Assembly (NCBI GenBank): GCA_964016885.1
Contig: OZ024740.1
Location: 366,048,001-366,112,000 of the forward strand
Direction of reading: 5' to 3'
Origin: Eledone cirrhosa
Lineage: Eukaryota
DNA: 64,000 nucleotides
The position numbers and the translations under genes are program-made. The notes beneath the pieces were generated by a model. It was not told where the DNA came from and did not search any database. It saw only the letters and a program-made list of their open reading frames with translations. Of the stretch, positions 1 to 13,797 are shown piece by piece (position 1 is the stretch's first letter; every line of letters begins with the position of its first letter).

Positions 1-60
1 ATTTATAAATTTCTGGTTGGTTGGTTGGTTCCACAACCAGATAGTTGTTTATATATATAT

Positions 61-105
61 AGTCATAGTTCTTTCGTCACACACTCTGTGACCTCTTCAG
101 TGACT
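61..105 (-). ncRNA. Minimal type I hammerhead ribozyme motif (mirror copy)
   Basis: Exact reverse complement of 221-265. Confidence 0.8.
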
Positions 106-220
106 GGGGATTTCTTTCTTCGTTTCTGTGCCTTTCCTTTCTTCTATCCTACGCCATTTTTCAGAAAAATGGCGTAGGATAGAAGAAAGGAAAGGCACAG
201 AAACGAAGAAAGAAATCCCC

Positions 221-265
221 AGTCACTGAAGAGGTCACAGAGTGTGTGACGAAAGAACTATGACT
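221..265 (+). ncRNA. Minimal type I hammerhead ribozyme motif
   Basis: AGUCA-CUGAAGA-G-GUCACA-gagug-UGUGAC-GAAA-GaaC-UA^-UGACU. Intact core, 5-bp stem I, 6-bp stem II, vestigial stem III. Predicted cut after 260. Confidence 0.8.
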
Positions 266-480
266 ATATATATATAAACAACTATCTGGTTGTGGAACCA
301 ACCAACCAACCAGAAATTTATAAATTTGTAAATTTATAAATATATATTAAATTAAATTGAAGTGAAAGCAACTGGTGCGTGTGTTTCTTATTGGCAACAT
401 GACCCTCCCAAAGTATAACAATATCGGTTTCAACACACGATTTCAGATAAAGAATCTTGCTAAACAAATTCAGAAACGAA

Positions 481-2578
<2,098 letters not shown>

Positions 2579-2646
<68 letters not shown>
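2579..2646. repeat. (GA)n microsatellite
   Basis: Seen directly in the sequence. Confidence 0.97.
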
Positions 2647-2652
<6 letters not shown>

Positions 2653-4159
2653 AGGGTGAGAGAGAGATAAGTGGTGCTCCAAACATGTCTTTAGCTGTGG
2701 CACCACAAAACTTTAATCCAGAAAATGACAGAAAAGTTATAGAAAATAGGCAGTAGGAGATATTTGAACTTAATATTTCTTTTAAAACATATCACACACA
2801 AATACTCAAGATAATTCTATTTATTACCACATCAACACATATTCAGAATATTAAAAGAAAGAGATTAAGAATTTCCTGATTAAGTTTAACATTTAATTGT
2901 AAACATTTTCCTCGTGAATAAGCAGAACTCAAATAATAGTTATTATAAACCCACAGAAAAAATAACAACAAAAAAGAAACCAACAACCTCCAATAATACT
3001 TCCAGAGATCACACATGTATATATTTTGAATTGGTTAATGAGCCATACATGTGTGTATGTGTATGCATATATGTGTGTGTGTGTGTGCATGTGTGTTTGG
3101 TTATATGTTTATGTGTGTGTTAAATATGGTAAAAAAGAGAAGAGGAAAGAAAAGAAAAGATTTCCAAATGATTTTTGTACTGACTGACTGAGCAATTTAG
3201 TCAAGCAGAATATTTAAAGCTCATTAAGTTTCATGCTATTGTCATTAGCGTTCTGCTCTTCGGTAGCTGAGTGATAAAGAATTTAATGAAATTAACTGAA
3301 GAACGATCAGCTAGGGCCATCAATGCTGTGTTGATTGATGTGTGAAGTTTTACAGAGTGTTGTGAAGTGCAATAGGGAAACACGAAGAAGTATTTAAGTA
3401 AAGTCAATCAATGGCCCTCTCTACTTGAAAACCAGTTGACTGATCTAGTGATAATTTTCCAGAAGATGAGGAAATGTTATAAATCATAAGTGGAAATTAT
3501 AAAAGAAAATAAATTAGAATAGAGTGAAATGAAATAAAATTAACTAAATAAATTTGAAAATTAAATTAATATCATTGTAAAGTTGATTTTGAAATAAAAA
3601 AAAAAATCCTAAAAGTAATAAGATCAGAGTATTTTATCATAAAAGTGTTGTGGAAAACAACAAAAAAAAAATGAAAATTGATACTTTTTAAAAATATTGA
3701 CAACATAAAAAAAAAAAGATGATTAAAATATTATAAATGGCAAAACAAACTTTTATTAGCAGTCTTACATATGCCTCAAAGCAAATTGGTTAGAATTGCT
3801 ATATGTTAAATCAATATTTCTTTCCAAGTGATGATGCCAACATGTAGTTCTGTTAGTTGGGCCAGTAGCAATATGTATTTCATGTTATATTTAGTAGTAA
3901 TTGAATACTTAGAAAAGCACTTTGCTCACCACAACACACACAACACAAACATTAAAGGGAGATAATTATAGGGTGGAGGGGGGGGGGGGGGGTAGAAATC
4001 GATATATACATATGTATTTTTTTTTTTACATACATATTTTTTCTATTTTGGCTCAAAATAGTTCTAAGTTACCAAAGATGAGCTCAATATATCAACAAAT
4101 AGACAGAATGTTGCACTATTTCCCAATAGTTATTTTTTTGTGAAAATTATGACAAATAA

Positions 4160-4500
4160 TAACTATTTCTTTATTGGCCGCAAGGGCTTACATATAGGTG
4201 ACAATACAATAGGCAGGGACAGTGGGGGATTTACATATATAACGTGTAAAATATATAAATAACAATAACAAAATCACAATAGAGTTCCCCAATAGGGGGT
4301 AACCTCCCAGAGGCGACTCAGGTACCCCACCAATCCTGAACCACCCAACATTTTGAGGGCACCCAAAAAGGCTACCCCTCTCTTCCTCAAATTAACCAGC
4401 CTCCAGGCGCAAACTCAGAGCCGGCCCATTCATACGGGCTACTCTTGCCACATTAACCCACCTTTTAGCAAATGTACTTACACTCTTTCTAACCATTATA
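4160..4500 (-). mobile_element. Probable L1/Tx1-type LINE 3' remnant
   Basis: Minus strand reads ...FAKRWVNVARVARMNGPALSLRLEAG*, resembling an L1/Tx1 ORF2 C-terminus, followed by a 3'UTR ending near aataaag. Recognised from memory, not by search. Confidence 0.45.
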
Positions 4501-6189
4501 CCTTTCAAATATCATTTAGCTCTAGGTCGATAATGATCAAAAAGTTTCTGATCCTGACCATCCCATGTTTTGTTCAAACAGTGCATCTAAAACTATACTT
4601 TTTAAAAGGACAAGCCTTCTTGTTAGCTCATTCAAATGTTGTTGTTGTTAAGTAATTTGGGTCAGCAGTGCTTTAGCCAATCAAAGGCATTGAAGTAGTT
4701 GATTGATACTTTTCAAATCTTGTAGTACAGATATGCTGAATTTTTTATGAAATTGTTCAATGTTTTACTTGTGTGGCATAAAGTTTGTGTGTGATGGCTG
4801 ACCTAATGTTACTATTAACATTGCAGTTTCAGGTTTGTATTTGTATGTTTTGAATCTGGTGTCGGTAATAACATTTTGAGAATATTTTTGTAGTGATGTC
4901 AATATGTTTACAAATTTATAGCTGGTTTGACATGTTGTTGCAGAAACTGTGTGTGTGTGTTGGATCAGACATTTTGAATCGCTAGAAATTTATATATATA
5001 TTTTACAATGGCACAACATTACATTTTTTCAACTTTTTTATACTAAAGTGACTAAAACTGCCCCGTGTTCTTTATTACAAAACTGATTTAAAATATTTAT
5101 ATTTATCTAAAAACTTTCTATCATAATTTTATGTACGAAGCTTTGTTTAGTTATGTTTCGAACACCAAATAAATAATGAGAAATTAAGTTAAATTATTAA
5201 AACTCTCAAATTCTTGATTATTTTCAAATCTATTAAAAAAAATCATAGGCAGTATTTTTTCTTAGAAATACGGGTTAAGGAGTCCATTCAATCTCAGAAC
5301 ATGAGTTCTACATATTTCATTGACCTCAGTAGAATAACAATTGTTGATAATAAGCATTAGGTCATTGATTTGATGGAAGAAAAGAGAAATTAGATTGTTT
5401 ATCTTCAAAACCTTTCTCAACATTATTAGCTATATAAGTGATAAAATAGAAATTATCCAGTAATTGAAACAACTTTATAGACAGCTTGCCTGGAGCATAC
5501 TTCTTTACAGCAGAAATATAGCTAATAAAAATAATGGATTATTCATAGGTTTCAATGATGAGTATCCTGTTGTTTATCTAACTTGATGTTCTACTTAAAT
5601 TAATATGCAAGTGACTGAGTATTCCACAAACATGTGTATCCTGAATATAATTCTAAAGTAAAATCAACATGGCACAATATATGACAATGTCAATCCTTTG
5701 AACTGAGGGTAACATACAATTCATCTGACAGGCTTCTGCATCAACCCTAGTAGTTCACTATACTTCCTTTTAACAACACCTAAAGGTAAAGTTGGCTTTG
5801 CCAGGGGTTTGAACTCAGAATGTAAAGGGTCATAACTGAATATTGTAAGGTATTTTATCTGACACTTAGAAATATGCCAATCATTGCTTTAGGTTTCTAA
5901 TTTAGCAATTTAAGGAGGAGAGGAAGTTGATTATATCAACTATTGTATTTGAATGGTACTTAATTTTATTCACTCCCAGAGAGATGAAAGGTATATTGAC
6001 TTTGGTGAAATTTGAATGTAGAAAAGCAAAGAGCTACAATTAAATATCTAGTGTTCTAACAATTCTGAAAATATAATAACAATAATAATGTGAAAGGTAA
6101 AGGCGAAAAAGGAAGCTTGGTACCAGTGACATTGTAAGTCATTTTTTTCCAGTTCAGTGAACTGAAGCAACATAAAATAATGTGCCTTG

Positions 6190-6736
6190 CTCACTTCTTC
6201 CCTGAGGGCCTCAAGCTGAACACCGATGGCTACATCTGCGTTCTGAGCGAGGTAGTAAAGCCCTGGATCGACCAGGTAGCTGCAGGTAGGCCGTACGTGT
6301 GGCAGCAAGACTCAGCGCCCTGCCATACCAGCCGAAAGACCCAAGCCTGGCTGTCAGAGAACTTCGTCGACCACACTTCACCTGACATCTGGCCTCCGAG
6401 CTCGCCTGACTGCAACCCCCTCGACTTCTTTGTGTGGGGCGCAGTGGAACGAGACACCAACAGATCTAGCTGCAATACAACAGAGAATGTTCTGAAGACC
6501 AGGATCACAAGTGCCTTTAGGGGCCTAAGTCGGGGGACAGTGACGAAGGCCTGTAGCCGGTTCCGAGGCCGCCTTGAGGCCGTCATCAAAGCCAATGGCG
6601 GGTTTATCGAGTGAGATCGAAAGAACAAGTCATGAAGACAAACTGACCCAAGTTTGATAAATAAATCTTAAAAAATAAAACTAGTGTTATTTTTTCCTAG
6701 ACAGTAATCTTGCGAACAAATATCGTTCGCACCCTG
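6190..6736 (+). mobile_element. 5'-truncated Tc1/mariner transposon, DD37D (maT) family
   Basis: ORF 6180-6614 contains WQQDSAPCH...WPPSSPDCNPLDFFVWG, with 37 residues between the 2nd and 3rd catalytic Asp. Right end is ...cgcaccctg followed by TA. Confidence 0.93.
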
Positions 6737-6935
6737 TATACACACACACACACGAATATATATATATATATATATTCATGAATAAAGTCACACTCTTTTC
6801 AACAAAATGCTTGTGAAATTTATCTGTTGAACCTAGGAACTCTCAATTCAAAATACATAGTACATTGTAGATGTGTGTAAAATGGAGGTGATATATACAT
6901 GAGTATATATGGTGTGTATAATGAAGCAGAGTACT

Positions 6936-7117
6936 AATAATTGTTTCTACTTTTGGCACAAGGCCAGCAATTACCCAGTACATTACTGGTACTTTATTTT
7001 ATCGACCCTGTAAGGATGAAAAGCAAAGTTAACCTCGGCGGGATTTGAACTCAGATCATAAACGGACATAACTCCATGCTTCAAAGCATGGCGTTCTGCC
7101 CTCTACCAATACTGCCA
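6936..7117 (-). mobile_element. tRNA-derived SINE family 1 (short variant)
   Basis: A-box-like TGGCAGTATTGG, B box GAGTTCAAATCC, body gctttcatccttacagggtcgataaaataaagtacc, (ATT) tail. Many copies in the window. Confidence 0.9.
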
Positions 7118-8398
7118 ATATTTAATACTTTTTTTTTTTGTCTTTTAAATGCTCTTTCTTTTATTACTATATTTACCATTAGTTTCTAATTTAAGCACAA
7201 GGATAACATTTTGGTGGAAGGAAACGTCAATTAAACCAGATCCAATACTTGACAAGTACTTTATTTTATCAACCCCAGAAGGATGAAAGACAAAGTTGAC
7301 TTCAACAGGTTTTGAACTCAGAATGTAAAGAGCAGAAACAAATACCACAAAACACTTTGTTCAACACTGCTCTGCAATGTTAGATAATAAGAGATGTATA
7401 TGTAATCAGTAGAATAGAGGAAATGTCAAATTGCACAGTTAATTGATGAGGTTACACAGTTAAGATTCACAGTACATAAACTGTTACTAAGTTTTATTTA
7501 GTAACAGCAGTTACTGTTTTTACAAACGCAACTTCACGCCCAGGTCAGAGAATTTTTACAAACAACTCCACACCAGAGTCATACATTTTTTACAAACATG
7601 ACCTCACACACCAGTACATAGAATCTTCAAGTGTATTTCGCCAAAGTATGTTCCAAATGTACATATGAGAAGTTCTTGTCATAATGAGACATCCCTAGGT
7701 ATTTATTGGCAATATCCCAGTTGAAATATAATGTCAGAGAAAGAAATGCTTGAAGACCAAAATACATCTTGGTAGTAGCAACAGCCCTTCAATTAGTATT
7801 CAGTGAAAACATATTCTCATTTCATACACTTATTTTAAGAGACTCAGCAATGTTATTGCAAAACGTAGCACTACTACTTAGTATCTTAAAAACCAATGTT
7901 TGCTACATGAAAAAAAAAATTAGCATTACTGAAAGCATGTGAACATATATATGTATGTATATATACTGTGTCTGTATATATAGGTAGAGAGAGAGAGAGA
8001 GTATATAATGCATAGCACATTATTATAAAATTTGTTTATATAATAGTAATTAGTTTCAATTATAATTTTACTGTTGAAACACTAATTTAATAGAAAAAAT
8101 GCAATGTTTATAACATGAACTGCTAATATGATGTTAACTATCTGAACTGGCAAACAAATCTAAACAACTCACCAGGAAGTGCTTATGTTACTAAGGTACC
8201 TGTTTACTTTTTACAATACTAAACATCACATTAATAAAAACTACTGATATACAAAAAAAGAACACATAATAGTTATGCCTGACAAAATTCCAAAAAGTTC
8301 TAAGATTTTCTAAGATTTTTCTTTTCTTTTTGAAAATGTCTTGAGTCAAAAGTTGGAAATTATATATATGATAGTCAATATACTTTGGAAATTCCAGT

Positions 8399-8598
8399 TT
8401 AACCCTTTAGCATTTAAACCGGTTATATCCGGCCAGAATTCTCTAACCTCTTTCTGTTCAAACTGGCCACTCATACTGATGTTAAGGTATTGCTCTCAAA
8501 TTAAATAACATGAAAATCTCGTAGATTTGATATAATGTGAAATAATCATGTAAAATATAATAGTATATATAGAGTAATGTAAATGCTAAAGGGATAAA
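8399..8598. mobile_element. piggyBac-like MITE (~200 bp)
   Basis: TTAA-ccctttagcattta...taaatgctaaaggg-aTAA terminal inverted repeats. Homologues at 50770-50981, 53049-53693 and partially 24480-24605. Confidence 0.75.
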
Positions 8599-8784
8599 GT
8601 GTGATCTAACGGATTTTTTTTTAAAATGATTGATTAGAATGCTACAATTCTTAATAATAATAATGTTATTTATTAACTATAAAGTCTCCAAAGAGGGCAG
8701 TACAAAGGATAGGGCACAATACATGGCCCTAATAAAGATTCCTAGTCTTTGTGATGCATTTTTGGTAATGTGTATATACATATA

Positions 8785-9241
8785 TATAAAACAAGAAGTA
8801 TAAGTCAACAGGTGAAAATTAACTTGGTTTATTCATAATCACATATTTCGGTGATAACCATTATGCAACAGTTATGACCTCATCAGACAGCTAGAATAAA
8901 AAAAAAAAACAAAAAAAAAAAACAGACGTTACCGGTGCTTTGAGAAACCAACAACATTCAGCATGGAGAATATCAAAGAATCGAAATAACAGAAGTAAGC
9001 TTTATTTCATCTTTGTATTTTCAAATTCTAGCTGTCTGATGAGGTCATAGCTGTTGCATGATGGGTATCACCAAAATATATATAACAGCAACTATGAATA
9101 AACAAAGTTAATTTTAACCTGTTAACTTATACTTCTTGTTTATAAATATACTCTGGAGTAAACAGGCTCACCTGCACACTTCATCAAGTGCTCCACCCTG
9201 CATACTGAAGTGTCGGTGATTAACCAACACATACTTGATAA

Positions 9242-9248
<7 letters not shown>
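8785..9248. mobile_element. Fold-back hammerhead element, family B (diverged)
   Basis: Imperfect inverted arms ~8785-8897 and ~9025-9144, ~125-nt spacer, right extension to 9248, then (TA)n. Hammerhead motifs in both arms. Confidence 0.75.
9031..9089 (+). ncRNA. Type I hammerhead motif (one core substitution)
   Basis: GCUGU-CUGAUGA-GGU...ACC-aAAA-UAUAUA-UA^-ACAGC. The mirror copy at 8841-8891 (-) keeps GAAA but has lost the 3' strand of stem I. Confidence 0.7.
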
Positions 9249-9289
<41 letters not shown>

Positions 9290-9593
9290 GTCTGCCTGGC
9301 TTATACTCCCATAATTAGAGTTTTTTCACTTAAATTTGATATGTAATATTGCTTCTCTGATTGATATTTTATCTATATATTTTATCCATTCATTGAGATG
9401 TCAATTATGCTCCTGATTTGTTGAGCTGTGTCAGATGGTCTTTTGGCTGCGGTATTGTAAGCCTGTCATGTAGCCCCAATATTAAGAGATTGATATATAA
9501 GTGAGATGGACTAAAAATATTTTTGTCTGTCTGGCTTATACTCCTATATATAGTTTTTTCACTTAAATTTAATATGTAATATGTGTATATATA

Positions 9594-9771
9594 TAATTGC
9601 TTCTACTTTTGGTACAAGGCCAGCAAGTACCCAGTACATTACTGGTACTTTATTTTATCAACCCCGTAAGGATGAAAGGCAAAGTTAACCTCGGCACGAT
9701 TTGAACTCAGAATGGCAAGGGTTGTAACTATGCGTCAAAGCATGGTGTCTGACCCTATATCGATACTGCCA
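9594..9771 (-). mobile_element. SINE family 1 copy
   Basis: Similar to 6936-7117. Confidence 0.88.
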
Positions 9772-10029
9772 ATCAATATAGAGTTGCCATGAGAGATCAT
9801 CAGAGATGATTTATAGTGACTTTAGAGGCTTTAAATGGATATCAGTAATTAGTAGAGAGTGTAAGATGATGGCAGGATAGTTAGAGCTTGGACGTATGTG
9901 TAGCAACATTTGTTGCAATTCTTTACATTCTGAGTTCAAATCCAGTCGAGGTTAATTTAGTATTTCCTCCTAGGGTTAATAAAATAAAATATCAGTTTAG
10001 AGGTTGTTGTTGGACTTTCAATGGTTCCG

Positions 10030-10265
10030 ATGATGAGTGTGATTCAACTGACTCATGCACCGTTAACATTGTTCTCGGAGAGATTCAGGATGAAACAATG
10101 TGCAACATGACAGGCCACTTGAATACAACTACAACAGCTGAGTGAACTGGAGCTACGTGGAATAAAGTGTCTTGTTCATGAATACAATGCACCTCCCAGT
10201 TCGACAATCAAACTCATGACCTTAGGATTGTAAGCCAAACACCCTAACCACTAAACCATATGCCT
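10030..10265 (-). mobile_element. Diverged CORE-like tRNA SINE
   Basis: tRNA-like head (catatggtttagtggttagggtg) plus aacaagacactttattccac..gctccagttcactcagctg. Relatives at ~21050-21300, ~25420-25565 and ~59140-59405. Confidence 0.65.
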
Positions 10266-10790
10266 GGTATCAATATAATAAAATTTCCCCTTCCCCTTAA
10301 TTGCTGGCCATATGCCAATGCTAGAAAGAATTAATTAGTAGACAGTGTGACTTAAGACTCCTTGATATGTCTAATTACTGAGGTTTTGTATTGATGAAAG
10401 AGATAGGGTTACACCTTCATTGAAGGATGCTCTCAAGTTTGTGTATAACAATTCAGCATGTGTCTCCCTCGAAGTGTGTAGCTTGTATGTAGATGTGGAA
10501 GGTTTAATGAGAAGTGGAACATAAAATCATTGTGTTGTAATGCATATTGTTAGGAATAACAATAAGCAGGTCATTAAATGTACAGAAGATATCATCATTG
10601 TTTTATGTCGATTTCTCCTTGCTGGCATGGGTTGGACAGGACATCCTGAGGCAATGTTTTACAAGGTTAGTATAACATATCCTCCATGAGGATATGTTAT
10701 CTTATCTTATCTTATAATTTATCTTATAAATTATAAGATAAGATAGCTAATAAAAATTCACAACAAATTTAAAATAGGATATATATTTAC

Positions 10791-10835
10791 CGCGAATAGC
10801 CGAAATTCATTGTTCCTCGTTCTTCTAAAGCCCTC
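10791..10835 (-). CDS. 45-nt internal exon of unidentified host gene (phase 2-2; RALEERGTMNFGYS)
   Basis: Acceptor tactttttctctttccacag, donor GCG|gtaaat, CpG-containing unique sequence. Phase-compatible with exon 44009-44190. Confidence 0.7.
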
Positions 10836-13505
10836 CTGTGGAAAGAGAAAAAGTAAATATAAGACCATCTAATAAATAATTTATATATTACTTATGTATT
10901 AATGTGGAAAAAGTCACATCAACTGAGTCTGAAGAGAAAATAAGCTTTTATAATCAATCTATAGTAATTCAGTTGTTTACTGAAAATATTGGTGATTATC
11001 AGATAAAATCTGTATATTTTAGTATTGTTGTTTTCAAGCCATAACTCAACGTCACATGATAATACGGTCTATCACATCTTCATAATATGCTTCCGCAAGG
11101 AAGCTTCTATGTGGTCACTTGACCCGCTAGAAATAACAACCAAATCTCTCTAAAACTTGTGGGCTTTATGTAGCAGAATGCACTACTTTTCGGGACTGGG
11201 TGCTACTTTACTCAACAGAATGTATTGAGAATAATTTTTTGTGGCACCAACACTAGAGAGGTTACTTTGTCCTCTTTAAATTCAAAAGTGTTTTCTCTAT
11301 TCCATATAACCAATTTTTTTTTTTTTAAAGAAAATACAACCAAGTGTGAACAGAAATGATGAGACAACAGAGAAGGAAAGGAGAGAAAGCATGAATGTGT
11401 GTGTGGGAGGGGGCATAATGATAGAGTGGTAAGGAAGAGGGAGAGGGAGAGCAATAGAAGATAGGGTGATAAGCTATGTGTTTGTTGGTCTTTGATATGT
11501 TAATTTTGTGCATAGGCAACTGATTATATTGCATGAACCAGATCTGATAAATATAGAGCTGATTACTATGCATTAAAAATTTTCATTCATCTTTTGATAC
11601 AATAAAGGTCATATCACATCTACTCTAAACCTACCAATTCAATTAGTCAAAGGTTAGGTTTATATTACATCATCATCATCTTGCATGGGTCTTCAAAACT
11701 GATTTGCCAAATTCAAACAGTAATGGAAGATCAAGAAGTACAAGGTATCACTTTAGATCATTCTTCATAGATTCATATAATCTGTAGATTAAGCCATTTC
11801 CTAATATGATAGTGTTTGAAAAATGAACACCATCATGACAAGAAAGATAGGAATATAATCCTAGTCAAGAAGCAAATAAATTGGTGCAAAGAAGAGACTA
11901 GGTACAGAGAACAGCATACAGTTGATTACCAACAGTGATTTTAATAGACATAACTCGCTACTAACAAGAATTACTGTTTGAGTGTGTATATGTGCGTGAG
12001 CATACACACACATAAGGTAGAGAAAGAGACACACACACACACACATTCATATGTGATCTCAAAAGCCCAGGCTACAAATAACTTTGATGTTGTTCCCAAT
12101 ATTAGAATGAAAAAAGATAAGAAAAGAAAAAATACAACTAACTACGAATAGGTAGCTAAGAGGAAATTCTGTCAACTTTGTAGCATTCTTGATAGATGGA
12201 TTATAAATAGACAAAGTTATTGCAAATCTAAAGAGAAACCAGAACAGCAAGGAATACATAGCACACTGTTGTTGATTCAGAACCCATATGTTACTTGTAT
12301 CATTGGCTGGCACAGTAGCACGATATATGTTAATTGAGACACAACAGAGGACAGAGTTAAAAGTCACTCAATAACCAATATTTCTTTCTTCTCACTCTGT
12401 CTTCTTTTAGAAATTATTGCATGTTTAACAAAGCAGAGCTTTGCAAGTACAAATATCTGGAGATTTTTTAAAGCAATGAAAATATTCAACTGTTGCTTTA
12501 GTTACCATGAGAGAGTGAGAGAGTAGCAATTTGGCACAGAATGAGCAACTGCAACAATACACAATAACTAATAAACATATTTACTGTTCTCTTCTCAAAA
12601 ACATAACAGCTGATTGTTCACAATAATAATCATGTGTGTGTTGTCAAGGAGGTGGGTGTTAATCTTGTCATATATGCCTTCATCATCTTCAAAACCCATG
12701 ACATTGAAGCACTGCATCTTTAACCTTTTTATTACCATATTTCTAATGAAAAGCACTGCTAATGAGTTTCAAATAATTTTGAAAACAATCAAGAATTTGA
12801 ACAGATTAAATATAACTTTCTTCCTAAACTGGTGTTCAGAACATAACTTAAATGTTATTCCATAAAATCATGCTGCAAGATGGTTAGATAATATATACAT
12901 GTTAAAATGAGTAGATTTGTATCATAAAACCAGGTGGTTTCAGCAGGGTTGTTTTCAAAAAAGTTGAAGGGGAGGAAAGCGCTAGCAAGTTGGTCACAAT
13001 AATGAGCCAACAACTATCAAACACAAACACACATACTCGCACACACACACACAATTGTGATGGATTTCTGCAGTTACCCTTTATCAAATTTCACACCCTA
13101 AATTTTGGTTGACCCAAGATGATGGTGGAAGATGCTAGGCAAAAATGCCATGTAGTGGGGATTGAAATCTGAAAGCAAGTGGTTACAAAATGAATTTCTT
13201 ACTCAACTATGCCTGTGTTGAAATACACATATAATATTCTCAAAGAACAGAAATGGATTTAACTCGTCACACTAGTATGCATATCATCATCATCATTTTT
13301 ACATTGACTTTTCCATGCTGCCATTGGTTGGATGGGAATTTTTAAGAATATTTTATAACCATATGCCCTTCCTGACACTAACCCTTTTAGTTGCTTCTTA
13401 AAACACATAGGGATACAGTGTACCTATTCTAACATATGACATGATACATATATACATATAAATAAATAAAAATTTTATTAGTTTTAAACTAATAAGACCA
13501 TTATT

Positions 13506-13797
13506 CAGCAGAATTCTCGGTAATTGGGATTGTAGATTGTGACTATATTAGAGAGAGTCGGGGCCCAACGGCTGAGCTCTTGCCATTTTGACAGCTAATT
13601 CCAGATTGGTGATAAAATTACTTGCTGTGATGGGATACATCAATCACCTCAAGCCATGCCCTTGATGAGATGACTCTTTCACAGCAGGTAATTTTACCAC
13701 TTGTCTGGAATTAGCTGTCAAAACGGCAAGAGCTCAGCCGTCGGGCCCTGACTATCTCTAATATATATAACACACTCATATATATATATATATATAT
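13506..13797. mobile_element. Fold-back insertion, family C, with 14-bp TSD and (TA)n tail
   Basis: Arms ~13544-13630 and ~13679-13765. Direct repeat ataagaccattatt at 13492-13505 and 13798-13811. Confidence 0.8.

Larger units (their letters stand above)
1..480. mobile_element. Fold-back Penelope-like element derivative, family A (short copy; left end cut by window edge)
   Basis: Inverted arms 1-162 and 164-325 centred on 163 (ccatttttc-a-gaaaaatgg), a right-hand extension to ~480, then (TA)n. Closely matches the outer part of 32315-33523. Confidence 0.85.

Noticed and set aside
13630-13680. Hammerhead in the loop of fold-back family C
   Set aside because: Only ttgatga is present, with no stem II-GAAA in the right order.
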